A stretch of 64,000 bases of DNA from Amoebidium appalachense (GCA_963693365.1 CAVNZM010000005.1:9528334-9592333); one strand, 5' to 3'; counted from the first letter of the stretch, positions 1-32,510 are shown. Program-made: numbers and translations. The notes: generated by a model not told the origin, from the letters alone.

Positions 1-241
1 CACACCACCTCCTATTCAGCCTTCATGTTTATCCAAAAAACCATACATTAAAACAGGCGCAACGCAAAGCAACACACCACCACAATCCCTCATATTAATA
101 ATCTTCTGTACTCAAACATACTGAACATACTACATGGGTAAGACGTAGTGTGCTTGGTTGCACCCACAGGCACATCAACATCAACACCCACCCATACCCC
201 CCCCCCCCCCCCCCCCCCCCCTCCTCCCATACCCCCCCCCC

Positions 242-280
<39 letters not shown>

Positions 281-437
281 GCCCACCCACCCACCACGAA
301 CACCACCACACACAAACACACACACAAATACAGAGAGACACACGCGCGTGCCCGTAACCTCATACACAACCCCACACCTAGCACACACACAGACACTCAA
401 ACCTACTCAAGCACACGCACCAACTCGTACTTGACCG

Positions 438-578
<141 letters not shown>

Positions 579-682
579 ACCCACCCACCCACCCACCCAC
601 CCACCCACCCACCCACCCACCCACCCACCCACCCACCCCCCCCCCCCCCCCCCACCCACCCCCCACCCCCCAACCCCCCCCA

Positions 683-730
<48 letters not shown>

Positions 731-735
731 CCCAC

Positions 736-11959
<11,224 letters not shown>

Positions 11960-12600
11960 TTTTACTATCGGTTATGTCTACACACTGATCTAATTGTCTT
12001 TTTTTTTTTTTTGGCTTGGTCAATACCAGCACACGTACAAGGTAACTCTCAAGACGACGTTAACCTTGCATCCACTACAATAACACCAATTCGCTGGATT
12101 TTCTGGATGCCTGCACGCTAACCCTGCAATAACCACCCTACAGAAACAACCAGCTCTATATCTCTGCCGCTATAGGCAGTTCATACGATGCACCTAATGC
12201 TGTGCCCAATCCAACACAGGACCAAGAAAACAAGGCTGTGAAAGTAAAAAGTACGGAAAAAAAAAAAGCGGCTCTCCAAAAAAAAAAATCCGTGGGCTCA
12301 AAAGGACCATTCGGGTCGGGTGGATCTCGGTTCGTTCGAGCCAGGATCGAGATCGACCCGATAGTGATTGAAAAATACCTGCCATATTTGGTACAGTAGA
12401 TATGGCTCGCAGTGGTGACGTAATTATAATAAGGTACTTACCGTGTCACAGGACAGAGGAATTGCGAAGGTAACATTAGCGAAGCTTCAGCTTCCCATTT
12501 GTGTACCATGGTATAACGTAGTCACTGCTGTGATGAAAGGCCTTTTATTTTTTTGCTTTTTATTTTTTGTTTATTTTATTTTTATTTTTTATTTTTATTT

Positions 12601-12640
<40 letters not shown>

Positions 12641-12799
12641 CGCCGCCACGGCGGGATCCGGACCGTTAGTTGCACTCAACGGTTGGCAGCTTGCACAATC
12701 AATATTAATATTCGAATTCTCTGCGTGGGTGCTTTTGTGTGCCTATGCCTGCCTCAGGCTCTTTCCTCTCCCCCCTCCCCCCTCCCCCCCCTCCTCCTC

Positions 12800-13221
<422 letters not shown>

Positions 13222-13690
13222 TGATGTGTTTCTCCATAGGATTTCAGCTCTGCGCTGAATATCGTCGCTAAGTCGACTCCAACTTCCACATGCATTATCC
13301 CCCCCCCTCCCCCCCCCCCCTCCCCCCTTCGTCAGGAACGGGGTTTAGAGGGACATAAACTGACTTTTTTTGGCTACCCAAAAAATGATATATATACTCA
13401 ACAAAAACACAGCCATTGTGTAGGAACGTGTAATTTATGTTTTATATGCTAACATTACCAATGCAGAGCACAAAAACACCTAGTGAACCCAATTGCCACC
13501 ACAATCTAGTCATTCCGTCAACCTCCAGTGTAAAAATTTCGCGGTGCAAAACTTTCCGGTGACAGTGGGGAAGGGGGAGATGGAAAGGGTAAGTGTGCGA
13601 CGAATCGAAGTCCTGCTACGTATTATGCAAACCGGCACCACTGTTGGGTGCTCGTACCTTGGCAACGTTAGAGTTGTGTGCGTGTGTGCG

Positions 13691-13805
<115 letters not shown>

Positions 13806-14346
13806 GTACGTTCCCTACCCTGACTTTCCCAGCATGGATAATCATTCATACGTACCTCTGACTGTACATGATATTCAGTGGATGCAACTCAAGGTGTGAA
13901 GGAAAAGATGTGTGTGTGGCGCACGTCCGTACCACACACATGAGCCTATTTGTTTTGTCAAGGTATGTATACCAAATGTATAGCATCATGGCGTGATGTG
14001 ATGTCACAGTGAAGGTAGGAGCAGGGTCGATGGAAATTTTGTGCCTTTGTGTGTAGGGTCCTATGGTGGTCGGGGTGAGGGGAAGAGGGGTGGGTGAGTG
14101 GGGGGGGGGGGGGGGGGGGAGGAACGGGCATGGGGAGGGCTGGACCGAAGGGAAAGAGGGGAGGGGGAGAGGGGGAGGGGGGATTTGGAGTTTAGGCAGG
14201 TATACCGGTAGGAGGGGGGTGGGGCTCGAGGGTCACTTTCGTTACATAAGTGATAACTGCGAAATGGGCGGTAGGCATATATACATGTTTGCTCCAGCAG
14301 AGTAGGTGTACGGGGTAAATGCTCAGTAAGACATGAGTTGTTTGTG

Positions 14347-14389
<43 letters not shown>

Positions 14390-14444
14390 GTTGGTTGGTT
14401 GGTTGGTTGGTTGGTTTTATTCATTTTTTATTTTTTTAATATTT

Positions 14445-14475
<31 letters not shown>

Positions 14476-14483
14476 TTTTTTAT

Positions 14484-14514
<31 letters not shown>

Positions 14515-14957
14515 GTAACGTTTTATTTCAGCATGTGCTGCTTAGGGACCGTATCTATACACAAGTGATTACCTGAATAGTTTTATTCGGATATGTAAAC
14601 GTTGGAATCTAACTACGATTAGAGCAATGCATGTAACTCGTTGGCCTTTCATACTTCAAATGTAATCAATTCTAAAGGTATCATCAACGGTTTTAGCTCG
14701 ATCCAACAAATAATGCATTTCGTATCCATCTGTTTGCGAAACACAAACAGAAACACACGATTTGTTAATGGACTCAAAATCCCCTCTCCCCCCCTCCCCA
14801 CAACCACCTCCCCCCCCCCCCCCCCCCCCCCCCGTTACGCTATATTTCCGACCTCCCTTTCGGCTTATTTCCCCCCCTCCCCCTCCCCCTTTTCTTCCAA
14901 GCTCCCTCCCACCCCCATCCCCCGCTTTACCCCCTTCCCCGCCCACCCTCCCCCTTC

Positions 14958-14988
<31 letters not shown>

Positions 14989-15408
14989 AAAAAAAAAAAA
15001 AAAAAACAACACTAAAAAAAAAAAAAGAAAATCGAATAGGCAATAGAGATATAAAAGCACGAAACACCTAGCTGGAGCCCCTAAGCCCCTCCCCCCCTTC
15101 CCCCCCTCCCCCCTTCCCCCTTCCTCCCCACCCTCCCCACTCCCCCTCCCCTCCCCTCCCCCTCCCTCATCTCAAGTTCCCCCTCCCCCCTCCCCCCCCC
15201 CCTCCAACAATCCCCCCCCCCCCCCTCCCCCCCCTCCCCCCCCCCCCAAAAAAAATTATATTTCCAACCTCCCTCTCGGCTCCCCCCATTCCCGCCCCCT
15301 CCCCCTACTCCCCTCCCCCCCCCCCCCCCCCCCCCGAAAAGATAAAATTAAAGTTAAACACAAACCAAAACGGACATAAAAGAGATCATGAGGTACAGGC
15401 TGGGATCC

Positions 15409-15443
<35 letters not shown>

Positions 15444-15536
15444 TGCTCCTATCGAGACAATCGAAAATGACCTCTACCCCCCCCTCCCCCCCTTCCCCCT
15501 CCCCCCTCCCCGGAGAGCGAGAGGCAGAGAGAGTAT

Positions 15537-15567
<31 letters not shown>

Positions 15568-17087
15568 GGGGGGGGTGTCGTGTATGCGCCCACCGCCTCT
15601 CGTCTGTGCGCATGCAGCCAGTAATGTTGGTTAATCGCGTGACAACATGAACACGAGGAAACACCGTACCTCGCGTTTCAGTGCCGACGTGTGCAAAAGC
15701 TCGATAATCACCTGAGGATGAATGTAACTGCAAAACGAATTTGAGGCCGGGCTGTGTTTCATTTGTGCGCAACAATTCTCCACATGTCCAAATGCAAAGA
15801 CATGTTTGTTTTGCAAGTGTTTGTGTGGCTATCTCACTATTAACCTTGGAGAGTGGTTTTAAGGTGAGGCTCTGAGATGAGGAGAAGGGCCAAGAGAAAA
15901 CTTGTGCCTGCACATGTGTTTAGGGTTGGTGGTGGTCGCGGTGGTATGTCTAACAAGAGAGAGTGGGGGGTGAGTGGTGGTGGTGGTGGTGGTGGCGGAG
16001 GGGGGAGGGGGGGGGAGGGGCCGGCGGCGAAGGGGAGGGCTGGCGGGGGAGAGGGGGGTTGGTGGTGGTGGTGGTGAATGGCGGAGGTGCGGTGGGGGGG
16101 GAGGGGGGAGGGGGGGGGGGGGGGGGGGAGGAAGGGATGGTAAAATATGTTGAGATCTAAGTCAGGTGTTTCGACACGTGAGGTCCGAATGACATATACA
16201 CGAGGGTAATATGACACAGGATTCATCTGACCAAATGATAATCCAAATGACAATTCAAAAATAGGCGGTTTTTTTAAGTGAAATTGCTGATCCAATCAAA
16301 GGGCTCAAATTTCAAGAATGGAATTGCGGATCCAAACGGCCTCATTAGATTTCATTTTATCCGATTCCCGCCCCGGTCTAGGTGTATTATAATCTTCTGG
16401 CCCTATATCAAGTTGGCTTTGCCGATGCATCGAACATAGCTATGTTCCTTTTCTTTAGGCATCGCCAACACCCAAATAAGGGAATTTTGCACCGGGTCCT
16501 TTAAAATGGCCCATTTGGTCGATCGCTAATGTGATGATTGTATTTTTAAATTTAGCGGTTAAATGCATCATGGTACTAATCAGGTATACATGTCTGTCAT
16601 TATGTAGTTTGGTAATACTTATCATTAAATTAATATAATTTAAATATCAATTAAACTTTCGGCATCCTCAGGGGATTAGGTGGGTCACTCAAAGTCTCAG
16701 TACTAGTGGCACCCCTAGATGAGGCATTTGTGTACACGTGGGACTGTCTCTCGTTTCCTTTCTTCTTCTTCTTCTTCTTCTTCTTCTTCTTTTTTTTTTT
16801 TTTTTTTGGGGGGGGGGGGAGGAGGGGGGGGGGGGGGGGGGGGGGGAGGGGGGGGGGGGGGGGGGGGGAGGGGAGGGTCGAGGGAGGGGGGGGGGGGGGG
16901 GGGGGAGGCAGCCTCCGCTCTAGCACCGACAAAGTTTAACCAATCATGATGGTCAGACTATTTCAGTATGATTTCTCTCTTCTGTACATCATCTTCCTTT
17001 AAATTTCACATCTTCTTTCCGTTCACATCCCCCCCTCCCCCCCTCCCCCAGCGCCCCTCCCTGCGGCTCGCCCTCCCACAACCCCCG

Positions 17088-17150
<63 letters not shown>

Positions 17151-17271
17151 TCTATCGACACATTCATCAATTCATATAGTTGAGGGGCCGGAAATGAGAA
17201 GGACCTGCGTGCGGAAGGTTGGGCCTGGAAGGGTCGCCACATTCAATAGTAGTTGGTAAATAGTGGTTGGG

Positions 17272-17306
<35 letters not shown>

Positions 17307-17470
17307 GGGGGGGGGAGGGGGGGGGGGGGGGAAGGGGGGGAGAATGCATCCCCAACTCGGGGAAAGGGAGGGAAAGGGGGGGAAGGGGGGGGGGAGTTGT
17401 GTAGAGTTGTGCGAATGCAGGGTGGTGCGCATTGAGAAAACTTCTGCGCGCGCGCGCGCGCGCGCGCGCG

Positions 17471-17554
<84 letters not shown>

Positions 17555-20500
17555 ACAAGTGGGGGGGAGGGGGAGGGGGGAGGGGGGGGGGGGAAAGCGG
17601 GGGGAGGGGGGAGGGACGGGGGAATGAGGAGGTGTGTGTAGGGGTTTATCATGTCCTAGGGAAGCCGTCGGACAAAGAGGGAAAAGGGGGGGGGGGGGGG
17701 GGGGGGGGGGGGGATATATTGGTGGGGTGTGTGTATGTGTGTGTGTGTGTGGTGGTGTGGGGGGCAGGGGGGATGGGAAGGGCATAATTCATCAACAAAG
17801 CGGTTGATTCAAATATGAGCAAGCAAATCTTTACACACACTAACCCAGAGGCAATTGAACCCCAACACTTGTACGTCACAGCACCTTCTTCACCTGATTG
17901 CTATTCTTTTTCTTGATTTTTTCTTTCTTTTTTTTTTTTAATTTTTCTTCCTTCCTTTCTTTCCTTTCTTTTCTCTTATTTCTTTTCTTTGTTCCTTCTC
18001 TTTTCTTTTCTTTTCTTTTCTTTTTTGTGGTTTGGGGGGGGGGGGGGGGGGGGGGGGGGAGGGGGGGGGGGGGGGGGAGAGTATATGTATTACTATTAAG
18101 TGAGTACAAGGCACCGTGGTACGGCAGACAGGGTAGTGGTAGAAGTGATGCAGGAAGTTATCATACGAAAAGAGATAAATCGAAAGTGGCAAAAACTAAT
18201 GTGAAAGCAACCCCGTGTTGTGTGTGTATGTGTATGGCTACGTACATGGTGGTGGCGGTGCTGCCGGTGTGTGTGTGTGTGGTGGTGGTTGGTTGGTTGG
18301 GTGAGTGGGTGGGCGCTTTGGGGGGGGGGTAGGAGAGGGGGGAGGGGGAGGGGGGAGGGGGAGTGGTTGAGATGGATGGAGCGGATGCAACACATCGTGG
18401 TTGAAGATCTAGGTTTTTATAATTTTTTATTTTTTCTCAAAGAGCCTGTAACTGTGCAATTTGTTTCTAAAAGCCAGCCGTGCCCAGCTACTGCGTACCA
18501 ATACCTGCCAGTGATTGCGCTTCATCATGCCATCATGGTGAACGCGGTTCACTGATGATACCACACGTGTGACGTGTTTCACTACCCCGACTCCTACAAG
18601 AAAGCCCAAACTGTCGGAGAGACAGTTTCAGGGCCATTCCTCGCTTCATCGCTCACTTCGGACGACAAAAATGCACTTAGGGTTCACTCAGTTCCGAAGG
18701 TGAAACATGTCATGGGCCCGTTGCCGCCTCATTTATAGACATAGTTCGGGTACACAGGACATAAGCACAGTGCTGCATCCGCTTGCATCCCCCCCCCCCC
18801 CCCCCCCCCCCCCCCACCACCACCACCCACCCCCCACCCACCCCCACCCGACCCCTCCCGTTCCCGCCATCCCTGCCCCTTCCCCCCCCGGCCCCAGGGA
18901 CTGGTCGACTGCCAAGCCACCAATCAATCTTCAAAAAAAGAGCTGCAACCCATCCCGGAAACCACCCACCCACCCCCAGCCTCAGTAGTTTTCACATGAC
19001 CCTTTCCTATCAAATCAGCAAATCCACACCGCACTGAAATTGAGAAGGAAATGATGGGGAAACTGAGTACCTCAGTTAACGGGAAGCTCAACAGCGTTAG
19101 AGGATGGAGAGCGGGAAAATTGTCACCCGTGTGATGGAGCTTGAGAAGGCGCTGTAGTGGCGGCCCTGGGCGACGGCATGGACAGGAGAGGGAACAGAGG
19201 GAAGGGGAAGAGGGGAGGACTATAGGGAACTCGGAGATGTGGATGTAGGTGGAGGAGGGTAGGAGGGAGAGGGGGGGGGAAGAGGAGACAGAGGCTCAAG
19301 AAGTCAAACGTGAAAGGGGAAGTGACCATGGGTTATTAGTTGGCGGAAGGGCGACGGGATGGGGCGCAATTATTACTGGGCTACCAACGGGGAGAAGTTC
19401 AACGGCGGTTGAGGGGCAGGAAGGGGGGGGGGGGGGGGGGGGGAGGGGGGGAGGAGCACTTCCGGAGGGGAAGAAGGGGTTGAAGGGGGAACATCTGGAG
19501 GACCGGGGGATGGAGGAGGGAAAGGCGAGGGAACTTCGACTAGGGGCTCTAATTAGTCACGGCGATTTCCAGAGGATCGGAGAGCTCGGATAGGCTGACG
19601 CTACTGCGGTGCCTTCGCGGGCGACTTAATAACCAAAAAGTTGTGAAGCAGGTACGGAAGTGTCGTGTTTGCATGCCGTAGGCCAACGTGTGCGCGTCGG
19701 GCCAGCGTCGCCAGTCGCACTAGTCAGCTGCTAGTACGCAAGGCAGTACAAAGTGTACAAGAGGCAGCGAGATGTGAAAGAGGGGTGAACCCACACATAC
19801 GAGAAACCCTGAAGCCTTGCGGCCTGGCTGCCTGGCCTGCGGAGCTGGGAAATCCGTTTTCTCATACATAACTGGGCAGCGGAAACCCCACAGGAGTTGG
19901 CCATACTGCCGAGGCGCAGCCACACGTGCATACACGGTACATGTACACTCAGGCACATACGGTCCGCGGTCCGCGGATCTACGCGGATCTGCACCCGGAT
20001 CGGATCCTTGTCAACAGGCCACAGGAATGCAGAAACACAACTAAACGGGCTAGGGATTGGATGAAATCGGTATCTTGGAATGTGCGTGAGGGCCTTCCCC
20101 ATTAATTTCTGCCAATCTGCGGTATGATGTATGCATCTCACACGGCAACTGACCCATGAAGATGGAAGCCCCAGGGATGGCGGATGGAAATAAATAACGA
20201 ATGCCTGCTTCTTAGAAAATCTAATTCCAAATGACATATAAAGATATAGGGTTTTTAACCTTTTGACCAAATTCTATTAGTCACGTAGTGAAAATGCAAG
20301 CAATGATGACCCATAAGACTCACAACAAACGATTTAAACCACATGCCATTTGCATAGCACAATAAATCGACAAATCATGTGTTTTGCCACGGCCCTCTAA
20401 GTTTGCGGGTTGCTATCATAAGATTTAAGCCAACTCTGGTCTATTCGATATGTGCGATTGGTTCATGTGTTCCTGTTAAAATTACAATAGTCTCTTATCC

Positions 20501-21039
20501 AGACACACCACCCGGCAATGAGCCGTTATGCCTCAACCGCAGGTATTGGCTCAGAGGCTCTGTCAGCAAACTCAGCATCGTGACGCATCATGATCACAGT
20601 CAATGCGATAAAACTGAGAAGGTCAAAAAAACAGTGAAAAGCGCTGGACAACATCAGCTGTGTGCCCCACAACCATAATTTTGGGTTTAAATATTTATAA
20701 AATGTTGACCCAATGTTTGTAGACATCAGTGGCGTGTTTTGAAAAGAAGCTGTCAGCGGCCTGTCACTGTCATATATGCATAACAGCACATTCCCCTGCG
20801 CTGACTCAGATAGTGTTGGGAGTTTTTGGGGTCACCGATTACTTTAATACGTCAAATATCATGCTATTGATATGACGCTTGCAGTATTGCACAGACAAAG
20901 CGTTTTGATTGGTCACTTAGAGAACACCAACCACAGGCGGCGGTTGGTGCTATATATAAAGCGTGCCGTATGTGGCGTTTGCGTACAAACACGACGAAGT
21001 CAAACGAAACGTGTCAAAACGCTAACTTGCTCACGGGCC

Positions 21040-21047
21040 TATATAAA
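21040..21047 (+). promoter_or_regulatory. TATA box upstream of the 21136 ORF (second TATA at 20951-20960)
   Basis: TATATAAA about 90 nt upstream of an ATG in AAAATG context. TATATATAAA lies about 90 nt further upstream. Confidence 0.55.
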
Positions 21048-21135
21048 CCGTTGAAAGTTTTTTCCCCTTCAGTCCTTCTTTGTCTCTCGTCCCCACTTCC
21101 CCGCTGGGGTGTAGCTGTATTGTCGTAGTGTAAAA

Positions 21136-21771
21136 ATGAAGTCGTTTCTGCGAAAAGTGCGCTCGCTCTTCCCACATGATTCCAAACATGAAAAACCCTG
21201 CGACGGCAAGGTGGCCCCAGCCGCAGGGCAGCCCTTGGTAAACGGCCAGAATTCGCAGCTGGAGGCGGAATACAGAGCGATACAAAGGCGGCTGAGTGTT
21301 ACATCCAACGACGGCAAATTGCAAGCAAAACGCACGAAATCCACATTGTCCCTCGGTCGGTCACGCTCAAGTCTGTCCATGCAGCGCAGCCCTTCACACA
21401 ACGGCAACAACAACTCGGAGATTGTCTTTGGCTATGACAAGTCCAATACGGAAGCGCGCATGTCTCTAGCTTTTGAAAGGCACCCTAGCTACGGTAGCTA
21501 CCGGGAACCACTCGAGTTTTCCGAAGCCAAATACGCTCTTCCAGGCCATCTGCAGCCCCAGAGGACCCACAGTGATCCACTTTCTTTTTCCAGGCAGAGC
21601 TCTGTTGCCGACAACCCCCTCGCTGTAAGGAGGATGATGTCGGTGCCAAACAGAAGCATGGCCCCTCCCGTTACCAGCTGTCTACCCCAGAAAAGGCCTA
21701 GCCTGCGCAAGCGATCACTCTATCAGGACCATACTAACAATTGGAGGCGAAAGAACGGGTTTGTTTATTGA
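21136..21771 (+). CDS. Intronless hypothetical 211-aa Ser/Arg-rich, probably disordered protein
   Basis: Complex-sequence ORF free of microsatellites, with an A-rich start context and an upstream TATA. No recognisable domain. Confidence 0.7.
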   Translation: MKSFLRKVRSLFPHDSKHEKPCDGKVAPAAGQPLVNGQNSQLEAEYRAIQRRLSVTSNDGKLQAKRTKSTLSLGRSRSSLSMQRSPSHNGNNNSEIVFGYDKSNTEARMSLAFERHPSYGSYREPLEFSEAKYALPGHLQPQRTHSDPLSFSRQSSVADNPLAVRRMMSVPNRSMAPPVTSCLPQKRPSLRKRSLYQDHTNNWRRKNGFVY

Positions 21772-22146
21772 ATTTTGTACAAAAACCTTTGCTGTTAAAT
21801 GTCAAGTGTCATCAGTTTCTTTGAAACAAACTTAGGGTAACCTTATACTAACGAATAAAGCGCTACCAACTTGTTGAATAGTTAGTAAGAACTTGCGGCG
21901 TTGTTCCCAGGTGGGGCCGCTTTGTTGAGTTTCTGCAAGACCACCGTCGTATTTTGCACGTGTACAGTTGTTGTATGAACTTGTTCCCGTAATATATGTT
22001 AGCCATGAGGATTGGCAGCACCGGTTGTACAAGTTTGTCTCGAATGTTATCAGTGTCCAGTTTGGTCAAAGTAATAAACCGAGTCACGTAAGTTAAAGCT
22101 ACAGTATACTTCCGATCTCACCGTGCAAACTAGTCCAAGCAGGACC

Positions 22147-22186
<40 letters not shown>

Positions 22187-22494
22187 CTTCTCACCTCGAC
22201 CTCCCGTCTGCTTTCGGACTTCCCTTCGGCTGATGCCAAGGTTAGCGGCCACTTGCCCCTTTCCCCCTTCCTTCCTTTCCTGGTGGTTTCCCTCAATATA
22301 GGCTACTTGCTCGAGACTCCCAAGTTCACTTATGGTGCAGAGGTTGAGCCTGTGTAAGCCACTATATTCTTCCCCTTCTCACCACGGTTTTCATAAACCC
22401 GTGCAACGGTAAACTCTGAATGGACTGGCTGGCTTCGTATAGATCTTAGCCTAACCTGATAATCAACCTGGTCACCGTATACCTCCCCACCCCA

Positions 22495-22526
<32 letters not shown>

Positions 22527-23124
22527 TTCCCCCGCCCCAAAAGGCACGTTCATCCCACGCCAAGTATTCTATCACCGGGGCTCTTGTCACCATGTCGGGT
22601 TCAATTCGAGGGCCTGGCCCTACCTACCACGGCATGCCATATGCATGGGGATCATGGCCTCCCCCGTGACCCCCCTTCCCCCCCTCCCCCCGCCCTCCCC
22701 TCCCCCCAGCGGCACACCTCCCCCTCACCTCCTGGGCCTCCCGGGACAAAATGCACCGTTTGTGTGTATGTGTGTGTGCACACTGTATGCGTGTGCGCGC
22801 GTACGTGTGCACCCAACTACCAGCAAATATTTATAAGAACCATGGCAATATGCATCATGTGACGGTGCAGAGCGATGGTGTCTGCCATATTTGGCGAAAA
22901 GTCTGATCAGGCAGCCGTGATATAAGCTTGTTTTCAGGGTGTCGAATGTAGTCAGTAAAGCACGTGTGTGATAAATTTGTCAGCATTTACATGCTTAGCA
23001 GGGGCAGTCCCTACTACGTGAAGCCACTCCAAGGCATATCTTGTCCTCTTGTTTCCTACTAGTGCGCAGAACTGTTTTTGAGTGTAGGTATATATGCTAT
23101 GAAATCTCTTACCCGGCATCGGAA

Positions 23125-23196
23125 GGGGCTATAGCTCAGTGGTAGAGCAATCGGTTGCAGCCCGATAGGTCGCTAGTTCGAATCTGGCTGGTCCCT
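23125..23196 (+). tRNA. tRNA-Cys (GCA)
   Basis: GGGGCTA TA GCTCAGTGGTAGAGC A ATCGG TTGCAGC CCGAT AGGTC GCTAG TTCGAAT CTGGC TGGTCCC T forms a full 72-nt cloverleaf. Anticodon GCA, U73 discriminator typical of Cys, intact A and B boxes. Confidence 0.9.
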
Positions 23197-23233
23197 ATGG
23201 CCCCCGACGCAGGGGTGCACAACCTTCCGTTCA

Positions 23234-23251
23234 TTTTTTTCTTTTTTTTTT
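23234..23251 (+). terminator. Pol III oligo(T) terminator for tRNA-Cys
   Basis: T7-C-T10 run beginning 38 nt downstream of the tRNA. Confidence 0.6.
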
Positions 23252-23423
23252 CCCGTTTCTTCTCTTTTTTGTTTGTTCATATGTATTTGCTTCTTCTTCC
23301 TTCCGTGTTTCCTTTTTTCTTCGCGATCAACTGCCGAAGTGTGAACTATTGCCAAGAGTGAACCTCTCGGTCAATGGTCATAAATGGCCCACTGGCTCTC
23401 TCTCTCTCTATCTCTCTCTCTCA

Positions 23424-23456
<33 letters not shown>

Positions 23457-24532
23457 CGGTTTGGCTTGGTTTGGTTTGCCCTTTGAGCTTCGTTAACCAA
23501 CGTCTAACTTGATATTAGACCAGAGTACACAGTGTTTAATCGGGTAATTGGGTAATTTTTGTATGGGTTTGCCTGCGTAAATAGTTCAGCTAGCAACGAA
23601 CGTTCGCACGATAGCACCGCCCCCCCCCCCCACCCCCCGGGCAGTCGGGACCTACAGATCTCAGGCACTTGGCCATTGGTTCTTTTTTGTTTCTTTTTCT
23701 TTTCTTTTTTTTTGGTGGTGGTGGTGGAGGGGGGGAGGGGTAAGGAGGGGATAGGCGCGGGGGGGGGGGGGGGGGGGTCTTTCTCTTACTCTCCCTCTCT
23801 CTCATTTTTTTTTCTTCGCTGGCCCATGGCCATGGCAATGCCCCCCCCCCCCCCCCCCCCCCCCCCCTCCCCCCCCCCCCCCTCCCCCCTCCCCCTCCCC
23901 CTCCCCCCCCTAGGCCTCCCCCTCGCCCTTTTCACACTCCTTCCTTCCCCCCCTCTCCCCCCTTCCCCCCCTCCTCTCTTTTTCTTTCTCTGTCCCTAGA
24001 TCTCTCTCTCTCTCTTCTCCCATGACTCGAATGTGCTTTGTGGTACGTTGACCACCAACAACCATTACAAGTTGGGACTCATCTTCTTCGAATTCCAACG
24101 TTTTGAGAGACCCAGCTGGTTGCATGCATGCACTACGGTTACGCACACATCTACATGTACATAAACGTGCGCGCAGAGCTCGAGCTCGAGTGCACCGCGG
24201 TGGTGACGTCGAGGGGCACAATAGTACGACCTATAGCCTAATTTAAATATAATAATATAGTATTGGGCTGACGTGACGTATGTTGTTCAACTTGACACAC
24301 GTCACACACACACATATGTTCATGAACATACTGCACTGGCACGTGTACACATGTATACACACGCACACCACACCATGGCCAAATTGCATGAATGAAACTC
24401 ACCAGTTAACCACCACGTGCACCTCTGCGCAGCGTTCATAAGTGCAGTACTCAAAGATTCTTAGTGAGTAGCTGAGGGTTGGAGAAGGAGGATTTTGGGG
24501 TGGGGTGGAGTGGGGTGGGTGGGTGGGTGGGT

Positions 24533-24575
<43 letters not shown>

Positions 24576-25226
24576 GGGGGGGGGGGGGGGAGGAATGGAT
24601 GATCGGATGGCATTTGAAACATCTGTTAGGTTGCCCCTTTGGAAATATTTGTTAAGAGGCTTTATTTATAGATAAAGATTCATGGTTTCTTCCCGAAACT
24701 TTGGTTGCTAAGCTAACACATGCATTCGAATTCGTGCAATCACGTAAAACAAACAGTTGAGTGTTTGAAATTTGTAGAAGCCAAATTTTTATTGCGGTTT
24801 TTAAGACAAGCTGGCTACAGTGACTGGAATTCGCAAATTGTAAATGTTGATAAAGAGCCTGTCATGCGTGATTGTGTGTAAAGTTACAGGTGCCTGATTG
24901 CAAATCCTGTAAAGTGTTTCGATTACTTGGTTTTCAAACTTTCAAAAAAAAAAAAAATGCCGACATTCATTCCAACCCACACATCACAGGCACACAGATA
25001 TATAGCTCCTAATGTGTTTTCATACACCGAAAAAGAAGAAAAACGAATAAAGCACAGACCACGATCGATTCTAGAACTATAATTGCGTAACAAAGGAAAA
25101 TAAAACATCGACAACAGACACATTCATCAAGACACCTCCAGGGCGCGCACACACACACACGCACGCACGCACGCACGCACACACACGCACACACACACAC
25201 ACACACAGACACATACACACACAGTG

Positions 25227-31685
<6,459 letters not shown>

Positions 31686-31711
31686 CCTGTGTGTTTGTGA
31701 GAGAGAGAGAG

Positions 31712-31773
<62 letters not shown>

Positions 31774-32231
31774 GAGGAGGGGGAGGGAGGGAGGGAGAGG
31801 GAGAGGTGGGGGGGAGGGGAGAGGGAGAGGGACAAGGGGGGGGGGGGGTAGAAAGAGAGAGAGAGAGAGGGAGAGAGACAAAGAAAGAGGGGGGGGAGGG
31901 GGGAGGAGAGAGAGAGGGAGGAGGAAGGGAGAGAGGGGGAGAGGGGGGAGGGAAAGAGAGGGGGCGGGGATTGGGAGAGGGGGGGGGGGGGGGGGAAAGA
32001 GAGAGGGGGGGGGGGGGAGGCGGAGGGGGGGGGAGAGGGAGAGAGTGTGTGAGAGTGTGAGTGAATGTGTGAGTGAGTGAAGGGGGCGGTGATGGGAGGG
32101 GGGGGGGGGGGGGGGGGGGGAGGGGGGGGGGGGTAGGGTAGGGGTGGAGGGGAGGGGGGGGGGGGGGGGAGCGGGGAATATATGCAATCAACCAATTTAA
32201 TATTGGAAGACGGGCAGGCGGAAGACACTTG

Positions 32232-32510
32232 AACAGAGCCCATCATCAGGGGGGTTCCTATGCCTCCACAAAAAAAATAGGGTTTGGACCTTTAACCTCT
32301 AGTGGCTGGTTCCCAAACCATACTTTGTTTCAACAGCAACAGGCGAGTCCGTCCGTCTTGGCCAAAGACGAGCAGGGTTGTTCAAGGAGCAGCAATCTAA
32401 GAACACAAAGCTCGCAATGCCTGAAGCAGAAAATAACAAAGAAACACGAGCAGAGAGGTAGAGCAATAAGTAGGGCTTCTACAGTACTCCCGAACTCCCT
32501 ACCATATAGA
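32232..32510 (-). repeat. Old diverged copy of the middle part of the C-tailed repeat family (GEMIN2 5'-UTR intron)
   Basis: CAGAGCCCATCATCAGGGGG...CCGTCTTGGCCAAAGACGAGCAGGGTTG...GGGCTTCTA is collinear with 3951-4200 and is followed by a G-run. Confidence 0.7.

Noticed and set aside
12434-12520. U1 snRNA-like string (TACTTACC...CGAAGGT...GCGAAGCTT...CATTTGTG)
   Set aside because: Spacing is suggestive, but stem-loop I cannot pair and the ATTGCAC loop and 3' stem are absent. It is more simply the reverse complement of a strong donor (ACG|GTAAGTAC), perhaps of an ARP2 5'-UTR exon. An Rfam U1 covariance search would settle it.
16651-16680. Minimal hammerhead core CUGAGGA-UGCC-GAAA on the minus strand
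   Set aside because: No stem I partner or stem III with a cleavage triplet.
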